Below are positions 13,114 to 26,035 of a stretch of DNA of 64,000 bases, in pieces. The notes under the pieces were generated by a model. It did not search any database. It saw only the letters and a list, made by a program, of their open reading frames with translations, and was not told the DNA's origin. Position 1 is the stretch's first letter, and each line of letters starts with the position of its first letter. Both the position numbers and the translations under genes were made by a program. This stretch comes from Camelus ferus (Eukaryota): positions 13,578,001-13,642,000 of the forward strand of contig NC_045716.1 of assembly GCF_009834535.1 (NCBI RefSeq), written 5' to 3'.

Positions 13114-13873
13114 CTTTGCTTATGCTTTTGGTGTCCTGCCTATTTGTGTACATGAATTTTTTCATGTAAACTTTGGAACCAGCTTATCTTGTTCTAAAAC
13201 TTTTGTGGACATCTTTAGAGGGACGGATTGATTAATTTAGGGAGAATCGGGGTCTTCTTAAGAGGACACTTTTTACCAAAGACCGGGATACACCTTTCCA
13301 TTTACCCAAGTCCTTTCTGTATTCTTAAGGAATGTTTTAAAGTTTCTATTCTTACACTTTCTATTAACTTTATTTCCTGTTATTTACGTTTTTTTATTAT
13401 CGTAAATGAGTCCAACGTTTAAATGCTGACAACTCACAAAAGTATTTGAAGTATTATATGAGCTATACTATCTTGAACTAGTCTATGGTCCAAATTCAGG
13501 CCAAATTCAGATCCGAAACCTCAGCTCTACTCCAGCAATTTGCCTTATAGGTAAGGATGCTGAGGTCGAGAGCTGTTGAGTGACTTACTCAAGGCTGCAC
13601 AGCAAGTAGGTAGCAGAGATGGCGCTAACGCCCAAATATTCTGTCTCCACATTTTGCCTGACTCTGAATCCAGAGCTCTGTCATCTGACCAAACACCATA
13701 AAATATACGGATCTAGGAAAGTGGCAGATGTTCTTACAGGCACTGGGAACTCGTGTCTGTCTAGGGGACTGACTTCAACGATCAAGATAGGAATTAGAGA
13801 AAAATGAGACAAAAATTAGAAAAAACAAAACAAAACAACGGTTAAATAAGAGAAGCAGCAAAAGTTCAGAAAG

Positions 13874-13901
13874 ACACACACACACACACACACACACACA
13901 C
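13874..13901 (+). repeat. (AC)14 microsatellite in the CD247 proximal promoter
   Basis: Read directly from the sequence. Confidence 0.95.
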
Positions 13902-13919
13902 CCCAAACCCTCAAACCTC

Positions 13920-14119
13920 CAGAGCTTCCTGCCTGTGAACCAAGAGGGGGGGTGAGTTTCTTGGCCCCGCTGGCAGGTGCCTTCTCAAAGGCCCCATCGT
14001 CCTCCACTTCCTGAGGAGGCAGCAGCTGAGCAAAGCCGGCAGAGGCTCCTTTTCTCCTCTTCGTCCAGCCACGGCTGCCTCAGCCTCTGGCTCCCGGCTC
14101 TATCCTGGGGAAGGACAAG
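13920..14119 (+). promoter_or_regulatory. CD247: CD247 TATA-less proximal promoter and 5' UTR with ETS sites (CTTCCTG 13925-13931, CACTTCCTG 14005-14013) and E-boxes (CAGGTG 13974-13979, CAGCTG 14023-14028)
   Basis: TTCTCAAAGGCCCC...CCTCCACTTCCTG...GCTGCCTCAGCCTCTG...GGACAAGATG matches the human CD247 5' UTR as I recall it. The human zeta promoter is known to depend on two Ets/Elf-1 sites. The exact TSS cannot be read from the sequence. Confidence 0.8.
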
Positions 14120-14177
14120 ATGAAGTGGACGGTGCTCGTTATCCTGGCCATCCTGCAGGCGCAGCTTCCAGTTACAG
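14120..14177 (+). CDS. CD247: CD247 (T-cell receptor CD3 zeta chain) coding exon 1: signal peptide [19 protein letters not shown], phase-1 donor
   Basis: Translation aligns with human [22 protein letters not shown]. The 58-nt coding length and AG|GTAAGG donor match the known exon 1 structure. Good Kozak context (AAGATGA). It is absent from the ORF track because it is too short. Confidence 0.95.
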
Positions 14178-17100
14178 GTAAGGCCGGATGTTTCGATGGA
14201 ACTTTTAGAAACTCTTTGTACATGTGTGTTGGGGGGGGTGGGGGTGGAGGGAAATAGCAGGGGGTTGGTGAGGAGCCAGTGTCTCCTTTAAATCCCGTCC
14301 TCCCCAAATCAACGGGCAGCTGGCTGAGCGGGGAGGGGTCTGGCTCGATGCCGGCATCTGCCTCATTACGGCCACGCTGGGCATCAGATTAGATCCAGCT
14401 GCTTGAAAACACACCTGTCCAAAGCATGGATTTTTTTTTCCAGTGATAAAAGGAGAGAGAAAAGTCTGCGGTGGTGGGAAGACAAGGAGGAACTGAGGCA
14501 GAGCCTGTGTGGAGAAGAGGAGAGGGGGTATTTAACTGAAGCTGGGTGGGACCAGAAAGTCAGCTGAGACCTTTTTTTCTAGCCTCTGTGTCTTCTTTGA
14601 CCACCTTGCTGGCTCCGTCACTTGGCCCCTTTCCTTCTTCCTTGGCCAACAAAGAACATTTCATTCATTGGTCAGAGAGGGTTGACTGGCTGACTTGAGG
14701 CTTCGATGGACTAGGGACTGACTGGGGTTAACGGAAGAGGGATGTGGCCTTGCGCAGGGTCCACGTCTGGGCTCGGCTCTGACACGGCTGCCCACACACA
14801 CAGCCAAGGGCAGCCCGATGACACACCCATCCCAGCCTCAGTGACTCACCCACCGCCCCTGGCAGCCCTCATCTGAGGCCAAAAAGCCAGAGATGCTGGC
14901 AGAACATGAACGTAAGGGACAGATGAGAGGATGTGACTTAAGGCGCCACCATGGGTAACAACCAACCCTTAAGAGAACCTACTCCTCACTTGGCTCCAGT
15001 CCTTGAAGCCTGGCTTTTCTAGAATCCTTTCACTCCTGCTGTGTTTTCTAGCCCAGATAATGAGGAGGTGAAGTAAAAAGAAGACAAAATGGACTCCGTC
15101 TGGGGTTTGGTGACCTGGCATTTTTACAACAGGACAAACTGTATTTAAATCTCAAGCGGTGGGGAGGGGGGGGTCCCAAACCAACATCGTTCGTCCACTT
15201 TGCAGCTCACCTCAGTGTGGGAGGGTGTCTGGTGACAATGCTGGGGGCAGGAGAGGCCACAGGCAGCTCTGTTCCTGCCGGGAACACGGCACAGCCCTGG
15301 CCTAGTGCCTCGGGGTTTTCGAGGACTAAGCCGTGGCGGGGTTTTCTGTAAGATCACAGCTCTCTTCTCAGAAGGGCCTGTTGGGGATGAGTCATGTGCT
15401 TCTGGGGGGCAAGGACACCAGAATGAGCCCAGAGCAGCTCATCCTGTGTATGGGGCTCCAGAGGACCCGTGATGCCGTCACAGCCTGTGATTCAGGGATT
15501 TGTGGAGGGGAACAGCTGACAGCAGTGGATTCAGACCCTGGGCCTCAGGTTTGGGGGCTGCACTTGGGAGATAATTGCACCACGTGACGTTTCCTCAGGG
15601 GTCTATCTGTGTTGGGCCTTGGGGCCAAGGCGGGGGCAACGGAATTAGAAGAGAAAGAAGCTGCGAGGGTGGTGGTAGCTGCCAGGAGTGGTAAACAGAA
15701 CCCCACCCAGCAGACAAGATGGGGGCCATGCCCCATTTCCACAAAGAGTGCACAGGAGGAAAAACTAGATTCATCTTTCAATGCTTTGCAGGGGTAGAGA
15801 TGGAAATTTCAGCTCTTTTTAGATAAAGGCTCCTGGACAAAAGTTTTTCAAACTGTCCTCACCCCATTGAGGGAAGGCAAGGGAGATTTAGAGAGGCCTT
15901 TAACACCCAGGGCCGCAAACGGCATCTGTGTTGCCTAAACAGGACACCATGTATGATTTCCTCCAGAGGAAAGGCTGCTGGTGGAGTTCGAGTTGAGGTC
16001 TTCCCTCTTTCCTTGCTCAATTAAGTTACTCACCCCCAAACACTATTTTTTTTTTTTTTTTGGTCAAACTAATTAATTTTTATTTATTTTTTTTTAAATT
16101 GAAATACAGTCGGTTTACAATGTTGTGTTCATCCAAACCCTTTTAAAACATCTTTTTACTAAGACTTTTCTATTTGCATTTCCTCGGAAATGCCCAGAGC
16201 ATTCCGATTAAAGCAAATTATGACCCAGTCTGTCTATCCGAGGAGGTCTCTCTGGTGAGTCTGCCAAGACGGTCACCAGGGTCTGAGGCTGGAAGAGACT
16301 AAGATGGCGTGCCTAAAGGCTTGGACACTCTTGCGTGCAGAGCCCTCAACTTCTCAGTGCATCTAACTCCTGGCCTCATGGTGGCCAGTGAGGCCTTTGT
16401 CCTTTCTCCAGCAAGGAAATGCAGCTCTGACACAAACCCTCATGAAATGCAGGCTTCTAGTCTTGTGAGCAGCTCTGCTTTTAGAGAAACAGACAGGATG
16501 GGAAGAGCCAGGCCAATCACATGGCTGCCAATTTCCCAGCTGTGCAACCTTAAGCAAGTAACTTAACCTCTCTGGGCCTCAGCTGTCTCACCTCTAAAGT
16601 TAGGAATATCTTCATGCAGAGCTGTGAAAAAGAAAAGTAAATGTAATGTGCCTGACAGATACTAGGCAGTCAATACATGGAGGTTGTGTTAATTATTACT
16701 GTTATAAAATCCTGGCCTGTTTTCTTGTTCTCAATATCCAGGAACAGGAAATGGAAACCCACGGTTAGGATTCTTAATTTGCTCTCCTTTGTGTTGTAAA
16801 GCAGCACCGGGCATTTTCTCCATCTGTTGAAATCCAGCTTGTCTGTCTTTTGATTTCTGAGCATATCCGTAACAACACAGGAACACAGCGGTGATCCCTC
16901 CCAGCCGTAGGTCCAACCGTGGGCAAGAAGCAAAGCTTTGGTGGGTCACAGGATGAGCGTTACAGCTACCATTTTTGGTTTTTAAGACTTATTCTGCAGG
17001 GGGTTTTCTCCCCAGGTGAAAAACGTGACTGACAATATATAGAATATAAATAGTTAAGGGGAGCAAATTAGAACAAGGTCCACCTGGTCGTCACTGGTTA

Positions 17101-18234
17101 GGGCCACCATCCAGATTTGGCAGCCAAATGCGTAGTGTGGGTGCACAGTGACCAGGGTATTTAAATGAATACTTCTTGAAACCAGATCTTTGCTTAAACT
17201 GCCTGGAGCTGGACTTGAGGGAAGCATCTAAGCGATGCCAGGACAAGTCTTTCATCGAAGGCATTTTCACCAATGGTTTATTTCGACCTCTGGTCATCTG
17301 ACTCTGCTCACCCAGAGGAGGTACCTCATTTTTCACTTTAACCTTTCTCATACTTGCTAGCCTGTTTCCCATCTGCTGCTTCAAAACATCCCCCTGAAAC
17401 CGTCCTGGGAAGTACTTGCTTAGGTGAATAAACAACACTGCTGAATCTATTTAAAAATTCCCTTCATTTTTGCCTTTAACGAATTTAATTTTTTATTGGA
17501 TACACTTTTACTTTCGAGAATCCCTGGGCATTGTGTCTTGTGTTTTATTTAGGGTTCAGGCACCTTTAGGGAACTGTCTTGCGTTAGATTTGTCCAGACA
17601 CACACCCTGGGAATCCTTTTTCTTCTGAGCCTTATTTACTTACGGGTCAGGAAACTGAATAAATAGCAGCGATAGTTCAAAATACATTTCTTCTCTGCTT
17701 GGGGCAAGGTTAGTTCTTATTAACACTAAAGTGATAGTAGATTTAATCAATCTGAGCAAACATACAGACCATTTGGTTAAAAAATAATCAAACCCGTCAT
17801 TTGATCTGTTAATTGAAACAAAATGATCAGTTACTAAACCGGACACACACAGCCACTCCTTCCAGCCTCAGACACAGTGTATGTTTCCTGAGGGAAAAGA
17901 CACTCCTCTGCTCAGGAACTATCCTAGCACTTAGCACGGTGCCTGGAGCAGGCGGTGAATATTTGTTGGGTGAATTACAAGGTGGCTGAATGAAGGAAAT
18001 CTAGACTTTTCCATGCAATTAAATTCACTTTAATGGTTTTTTAGGGAGGTCATATCTTGGAGTGGCATAGTTGGACCTTTCTTCTGGAGAATTTAGTATT
18101 AAACAAAGTACTTAAAAAAAAAAAAACAACCAGAAATTAAGCTAGTGGAGGGGACAGGGCAGTTTGAGTAAGTAGACTGATTAAAAATGAGTTACAAGGA
18201 CAGTTTAAGATAAAATCCTACCGTTGTTAAAATC

Positions 18235-18316
18235 TTCTGGTTGGCCCATATGAAATTTCTGACATTTGTCTATTTGGGACCTACAAAAATGATAATTTCA
18301 TATGAGTCAACTAATA
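18235..18316. mobile_element. MADE2-like mariner MITE (palindromic)
   Basis: GGTTGGCCCATATGAAATT...GACCTACAAAAAT...AATTTCATATGAGTCAACTAATA: inverted repeats centred on CATATGAAATT/AATTTCATATG. Confidence 0.75.
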
Positions 18317-20894
18317 TATCTTGAAAATAAAGAAAGATGCTCATTTTTCCGACTTGGCTTTAACGATAGGGAAAAGCAGAAAATAAAGAGGGCTGCCACG
18401 GCTGGAGATTGTTAACTAATGAATCAATAAACTTACAAAGGCACCAAGGAGAAAAATAAGAGTTTGTGGATTATAGCATAAATCACATTATTCAGTTGCC
18501 CAATTGCTTCAAAATACAGAAAGAAAAAAAAAGCAGAATATCTAACCATTATAGTCCAATTTGGTCTAGATTACTAAATAAATATTCCAAGTAGTTATCA
18601 CTTTTTTTCTCTCTTAATTTGAGGTATTTTACCAAAAATACCAAAATCATCAGAGGAGGTCATAAATTTTTTAAATGTTCCATTCTGCTTTTTTTTTTTT
18701 TGCAAGTGTTTACATATTTTTATAGAGCTGCTATGTGCTTTTTTTCCTTCATATTTTATTCTGAGCATCTTTTTTATGCTTGGCCTTCGCGACTGTTTTT
18801 AAACTTCTGTAGTTCATACATCACATTTTCTTCACTGTTTCCTTATTGCTGGGCACTTGGGCTGTTTCTAATTTTTGTTATTATAGTTAATCCTGCAAGA
18901 AAATCTTTACGTATGTAGCTTTTAAAATGTCTTCTGAATTACTTTCTTTGGCTAATTTCTCCAGGACTGACAATTAAAAGAATAAGTTAAAGTAAAAGGA
19001 CATTTCACAGGATACTTTAGACTTCTGTTGAAAATAATCCTGTCGAGGAGAGATTTTTGGGTTTTTTTGTTTTTTGTTTTTTGTTTTGCAATTCTCTGAC
19101 CATCTGCAAGTGTTTCTGTCTTCTCTGGAGCAGGCAATATGGTGGAGGGAGAGTGGAGGTCATGGAACCAGAAAGATCTGGATCCAGGTCCTGTTTGCTC
19201 CCCAGCCTTTCACTGTGGCCAGCTGCCCACCTCCAGGGCCCCTTTCTTCCTCTGTGAGATGGCGGTGGAGTGGAGACACACTCGGAAGAGACACACACAC
19301 AAGAGGTGTAGTCGTGATCACAGGTGCCTCAGTTTCCTAACCTGCAAAATAGATAGGGTATCATTTTCCCAAAGCAAGAAAGTGGAAACGCTGGCACTAA
19401 CGTGCTTTTTTTTTTTTTTTTACTTCTTTTGTCACGAAATTGCAGTGTAAACTTGGGCAGAAGTCTCCCTCTGGGCTTTAGTTTTCTCATCTGTGTGATG
19501 AGGAAGAAGAGGATTGAACATCCCTTTCAGCTACACCATGAGTTATGTATGGTCTTGAAATTACCAAGTTTTTAAGAACGGTTAGTTACCTAGCCTCCCA
19601 CCCCACTGGTACTGACTCACAGAATTAGGACCTCCAATCAATAAATAAAATTTATTCATCCCTGTAGCTCCAATAAATAAATAAAATTAAAACTTAAAAA
19701 AAATCTGGACTCCCACCTTATCACAGTATTTTTAACTCTAACGGGAGCCTCTGTTGTGAAAAATCCAAGGACGGAGTCCAACATTTTCTAGCTTGTCCCT
19801 TATGCTTGTGCATCGGCTGCAGATTTATGGCCACTCAAGGATTTTGCTGGTGAGAACTGACTTGAAGAGAAAGCAAATTGCCATCTGAAGCGGCCAAATT
19901 GCAGTGGTGGAAATGTTAGAAGCTTCCTTTGTCCGCTCTGCTTGCCTGTTATGATTTGTGCTTCTCAGCAACTAATTTTCAGGCTCAAGGGGAAAAAAAT
20001 AAATAGAAAGCATTTGAACCAGGACAGGCAGGATCTTTGCCCAGTCCAGACCACCATTCTCTTAGCACGGTCATTCCTTTATATTTACAAAATCCTTCCC
20101 AATGCCTTCGTTTACTCGATCCTCATAACCATTCTATGGCAAGTAGCAGAAAAAGTACTAAGATTCTCTTTGTATAAACAAAGAAAATGAGTCTCAGAGG
20201 TTTGATGACATGCCTAATAGTAGAACCAGGCCCCAAGCACAGTTTCTGATCCCCCGTTCAAGGTGCATGCTCTCGAACATTCTAGCAACCTCTCCACCAG
20301 GTCTTCTATCAATTTGCATCTTACACCTAATGACTGAATTCTGCAGCAGACTTTTGAAGGCATTTCCCTCAGTCAGCACTTATTACGATTTTCCTCTCAA
20401 TTTTTGAAGTAAGAAATACGTATTTTGATGCTGAATATCCTCATTTAATATAAATTTTCCTGCTGAGTATGAAATATTTGGTTGTTAGTACAGAATTGCA
20501 TTTTTCTCTGGCCTATTATTATAGTTCTGAACTCACATTTCCTCCAGACGCGGTAAAATCCATATTTTCTGTTTTACTCTTAATAAATGTACCTCTTTGG
20601 GAGCTTTTCTTGAGAGGGATCAACCTCAGTTTGCAATTTTACCCGTTTCTATGGTTTCTATGTGTGCCGCACCTGCCCCCTCCACCACCGTGTGAGGCAT
20701 AGGTGGAAATCAAACGTGTAAATCAAAGTGTAAGTTAAATTGTATTTGAGAAGCTTTCATCCTAAATGATAGCCTTCAATCGGTCTGTTTGGTAAGAACG
20801 GTTTTGTGTAAAGTTTTGTGGGGTGAGGTTTTCTAAAAGAAGAGCACGCTACTCCACACAGACTCTCAGTCGAAGTTCGGGGGTTTTTGGTTTT

Positions 20895-21150
20895 GCTTTG
20901 TGTTTTATTGAAGTCTAGTCGATTTACAATGTTGTGTTAGTTTCTGTTGTACAGCCTAATGATTCATATATATTCCTTTTCATATTCTTTTTTTATTATA
21001 GGTTATTACAAGCTTCTGAATATAGTTCCCTGTGCTGTACAGTAGGACCTTATTGTTTATCTGTTTTATATATAGCAGTGTGTATCTGCAAATCCTGAAC
21101 TCCCAATTTATTCCTCCCCTCTTCCCCAACTGGTAACCGGAGATTTGGTT
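20895..21150 (-). mobile_element. L1 3'-end fragment
   Basis: TTGAAGTCTAGTCGATTTACAATGTTGTGTTAG...ATAGTTCCCTGTGCTGTACAGTAGGACC. Confidence 0.85.
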
Positions 21151-21214
21151 TTTATATAAATCCTCAAGAAGTGGGAGAATTACTTTTATTTTGTTTTAAT
21201 TTTTTTATTAAAAG

Positions 21215-21347
21215 TTTTTTTGTTTGTTTGGGGGAGGGTAGGTAATTAGGTTTATTTACTTATTTTTTAACAGAGGTACTGGAGACTGAACCCAGGACAT
21301 CATGCATGCTAAGCATGCACTCTACCACAAAGCTATACCCTGCCCCC
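21215..21347 (-). mobile_element. Vic-1-like SINE
   Basis: GAGGTACTGGAGACTGAACCCAGGAC...CATGCTAAGCATGCACTCTACCAC...GCTATACCC. Confidence 0.85.
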
Positions 21348-22094
21348 TGAAAATTACCTTTAAATGACAAATATATATAATCCATTCTCAATTATTTATG
21401 TCAGATTTTGGTTTTAAGTCCACTTACATCTGCCTGGGCCAAGCTTGGGAGTCCAATCCTTTTTGCTGTTACTGGAGCAAAGTAAACCAAGATAAGAAAT
21501 TTGGTGCTCAGAGCAGAATACGTGAAGCATCAGATTGCCCAATATTTGAATATCAGTAGCTCTTCATGTGTCCACTCTCCAGGCTGATTGGGAGGAGGGC
21601 TGGGAGAGGAGGAGTGTCTAGGAGTTTGGCAGGGTATTTGCAGGGCTGCTGGGCTATAGGTGCCTTGCCTTTGCCAAACCCTGGAGCTGGGGAGGACAGC
21701 TCAGAATGCAAACCAGCACTACCATTTAGGATTAAACACATCCCTGCTTCTCTCAATTGCTGCAGACACTAGAAAGACAGCTCTGTGTTCCTGCATTTCA
21801 CCAGTTCCCCATCAGGCAGTGTTGTACTGGCTCGAAGCCATATTGTCAATGACAGCCCTGAGCCAGAACTGCCTTTTTGTCGTGTGGACTGGGAGTGATG
21901 GTGAAGAGTTGGAGGGAAGAGGTTGGAGGGAAGAGTAGAAAAGACAGCCCGGCGGGTAGGGGAGGAGGTTGCCATCTGTGGCCATAGGAGGCAGACAAGC
22001 CAGAGCGGCTTGCTGTAGGGAGAAGGCAGCTGAGCCGGGTGACTCTAGCATGGGACTAGCCTGTCCCCAGACCCCATCCCATGGGTTATAGCTC

Positions 22095-22310
22095 AATTTG
22101 GGTGTGGCACACATGCATGCCAGTGTGTGTTTACCTATGTGCTCTGCAGGTGTCTATGCCCCAGTATGCATGTGCTGGTGTGTGTGGGACTGTGTGTTTG
22201 TGGGTGCATGCACTGGCATGTACTGTGTGCTTGTCTGTATGCAGCGGACATGTCTTGCGTTTGTGTTTCTGTGTGCACCAGTGAGTGTCTTTCTGAGTAT
22301 GATGTGTGTA
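22095..22310 (+). repeat. Degenerate TG-rich low-complexity tract
   Basis: Many TGTG/TGCA units over ~215 nt with no fixed period. Confidence 0.8.
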
Positions 22311-23014
22311 TTTAAGAGGAGGTTGGTGGCAGTAGGACCTAGAAGAAAGGGGCAGCATTGCTTGAGCTTGGAGCTGGCGATCTAGGTCAAGTAATAGTGG
22401 GACTGAGATGTCATGGGACCCATTCCAGGCATTTTGTGCAGAAGGGAGTCAAGAAATCTTCCGTCCAAACTAGAATCTCTAGGATCATGGAGAGGTGGGA
22501 TCAGCTCCTTCATAGATACAGATACTTCTCAGGTCTCCCGACTACCTTCAGAACTCCCCTGAGAACTCTCCCATCTCCCAAGTAAGCCTGCAGTCTTTCT
22601 TTCCACCTTCTTCCCAGTCCCCTTACTTAAAATGCTGACCCTACCCCACCCCGTGGAAACCCTACTGTCCCCTTATAATTAAGTCCAGATGTGGGGGGAT
22701 CTCCCAGGCCCTCTGTTGACACTGTCACCAGTGTTCAGGTGACAAAGGAAGGTGGAAAATTATTGTTCTTAGAACTCAAGGTTAAAAACCCAACACAAAT
22801 AGTGCCCTATGGTGAGCCCTTCTCAGAGTGGAGGCCCAGCATGCAAAGAGTTTCAGGAACTCTACCCATCAGCAGAAAATATCAGCGGCTCCCCTATTTC
22901 CCACCGGTTTTTCCCACAGTGGCCAATAGATGAGTTTTGACTAAAAGAGTCAAAGTGCATTTGGTGCTTTTCTTTCTTTCTGCCCTAAGAATAGATTCAC
23001 AAGCAATTCAGTAA

Positions 23015-23672
<658 letters not shown>

Positions 23673-24260
23673 AATCATCTGGTCAACCGCTTGACTTATC
23701 AATTAATAAATATTTACCAAGTACCTCTTAGGTGCCCCAAGGCAAACAATTCTGTAGATGGTTGGCCCAACTAGCCCATTGACCAGGCCAGTGTCTTGGA
23801 GATGGACGTTGAGTGATTGAGAGCCCATAAATAAAAGAAAGCTTCCTTAATTCTGTAGGTCATGTTCTCGGGTTTTATGAAAACGTTTTAATTCCCCTAC
23901 AGGCTTGCTTCGTTAGGTCTGGCCTAATTTTCGTCATTTTGTGAGCCTGTGCTAATTTCCATGCTGAGCTTAGTAGCAAAGGAGGTGCATACCAGGAGAT
24001 ACCACCCAGGACTGTTTTGAGTTAGGCTCGCGAGCTTCAGAAGTTCCCCCTCTGATTTCCTCAGATTAGAGAGAAATTTTGTCTTTTCTCTCACTTCACT
24101 ATCAACGCTTCAGAACCCAGACCTATATAAAATACACAAGTGCTTTCTGGACAGAATGAATCTTGTCTGTTTTCTTTGGATTTTGGTGGGAACAATAAAG
24201 ATGGAGCTACAAAAGCTTGGCAAAGAGGATTATTCTTTTTCTTTCTATTAAGTGTAGAGA

Positions 24261-24416
24261 NNNNNNNNNNNNNNNNNNNNNNNNNNNNNNNNNNNNNNNN
24301 NNNNNNNNNNNNNNNNNNNNNNNNNNNNNNNNNNNNNNNNNNNNNNNNNNNNNNNNNNNNNNNNNNNNNNNNNNNNNNNNNNNNNNNNNNNNNNNNNNNN
24401 NNNNNNNNNNNNNNNN
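24261..24416. other. Assembly gap (156 N)
   Basis: Run of N. Confidence 1.
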
Positions 24417-25704
24417 ATTCCACGAGGGAGGCTGCTATAAAGCAAATTCCTTCCATTTCAACAGAGTATCTCGTCAGGAATAGCTTTTGGGGGTTGGGGG
24501 GAAGGGTGTCTCTAATTTTCAAAGCTTTGCAATTTCATCTTGGAGTGGGAGCTACTTGGAAACCAAAAATGGGTTGTGGATAAAGTTATAATCACAAACT
24601 CTTGCAATCCAAACCTCCAGCGGGGAGGATGTGAAAGGGAAGGTTTGGAGAGCAGTTTTTGATCTTCATGACAATTTCTTGATTTCTTTGGTTTGGCGGG
24701 GGGGACACATCTGTTAGTTTCCAGCTATGGCTCTCAACACAAAGCCTCAGACTTGAAGCTGGTCTAATTTCTGGTTTGGTTTCCGACCGTAGCGTCCTCA
24801 GAAAATTCCTGTCAGCCATTTCGAAGAGCACAAAATGGCTCCTCTGTGCCAAGGAATAAAGAGAGGATTTGGCTGGTTAGGGATTTTTAAATTTGAGGTT
24901 GAACATTTTATAGCAGCATTCAAGTCTGGAGTAATTTCAGTTAAGAAAGAAAGAAATCTAACCTCCAAATTGGCTCATCATCTCAGATCCCGTGCAGAAT
25001 GATAACCCAAGGAGGACGCATTGTGCTGCTGGGTCCTCTCTATGGTCCTGGATGCTCTCCGCATCAAGTTCCTCCAAACCCATGGTCTTTCTTCATCAGG
25101 TTTGACCTCATGTCATCACCTTTCTCTCCCATCGCCTTATTCCTTTTGTTGGACGGTTAAAAAAAAAAAAATCCTTCCCAGGGAATATACAAATCACAGT
25201 TAATGGGATTTTGAATTATGCAAATTTGAAATAATGCAATACAAAAAATTAGTAAGGTCTCAGTGTATATGCACTATTTAAAATTAATGTGACTCTTATC
25301 TTGCATTTATTCCTGTGAGAAATTAACTGGACTTTTGCAAAATCATAAGGAATATACTTACTTTGTAATCAGAAGGGCTTGTGGTAATATCGTGATTAGC
25401 TGGGGAGCTGTGCAGGGCGTTGGGGATGCTGCCAGTGAATTTTACTTTCAGTGATGAGAACAGTACGTAGAGCCTCTCTGGAAAGATTTCCGTTGACCTA
25501 AGTGGGGCTGGCCTGATATGACAGAATCATAGAATATTTGAGCTAGAAGAGATAGACACCTTCAAGTTCCACTTCTGGATTTTACCAGGGAAGAAATGGT
25601 GGTCCAAGAGGTCAATAAGCCAGCCAAACATCACATAGCAACCAAGTGGCAGAGTCAGCCCTTGAACTCAGGACTCTTTTTTGTTTTGTTTTGTTCTTCC
25701 TTAA

Positions 25705-25856
25705 ATCTTTCTTTTTTCTTTTTAAAAAAATTTGGGGGGGAGGCAATTAGGTGGTTTGGGTTTTTTTTTTTTTTTGCTTGTTTGTTTTTTTATCGGAGGT
25801 ACTGTGGCTCAAACCAGGACCTTGTGCATGCTAAGCATTCGCTCTTCCATTAAGCT
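25705..25856 (-). mobile_element. Vic-1-like SINE abutting an L1 tail
   Basis: GGAGGTACTGTGGCTCAAACCAGGACCTTGTGCATGCTAAGCATTCGCTCTTCCATTAAGC. Confidence 0.8.
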
Positions 25857-26035
25857 TTTTCTTTCTTTTTTTTAATTGAAATATAGTCAGTTTACAATGC
25901 TGTGTCAATTTCTGGTGTACAGCATAATGTTTCAGTCATATATGTGCATACATATACTCCTTTTCATATTCTTTTTCATTATAGGTTACTATGAGATATT
26001 GAATAGAGTTCCCTGTGCTATACAGTAGAAACTTG
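25857..26035 (-). mobile_element. L1 3'-end fragment
   Basis: TTAATTGAAATATAGTCAGTTTACAATGCTGTGTCAATTTCTGGTGTACAGC...AGAGTTCCCTGTGCTATACAGTAG. Confidence 0.85.

Larger units (their letters stand above)
10460..13420 (-). mobile_element. Nested old L1 (L1M-type ORF2 end/3' UTR) block interrupted by gaps and a SINE
   Basis: Long T-rich stretch with typical antisense L1 phrases (GGCTATTACAAATAAAGCTGCT, AACTGCAAACTGTTTTCCAAAGT, GTGGTCTTTTGTGTCTGGCTTCTTTCACTTAGC). A younger L1 3' end at ~11925-12649 is nested in it. Confidence 0.8.

Noticed and set aside
12880-13231. ORFs running through X stretches (also 24091-24583 and 42899-43175)
   Set aside because: Artefacts of N gaps being read without stop codons.
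25218-25225. Octamer ATGCAAAT
   Set aside because: A single 8-mer in AT-rich DNA with no supporting context; expected by chance in 64 kb.
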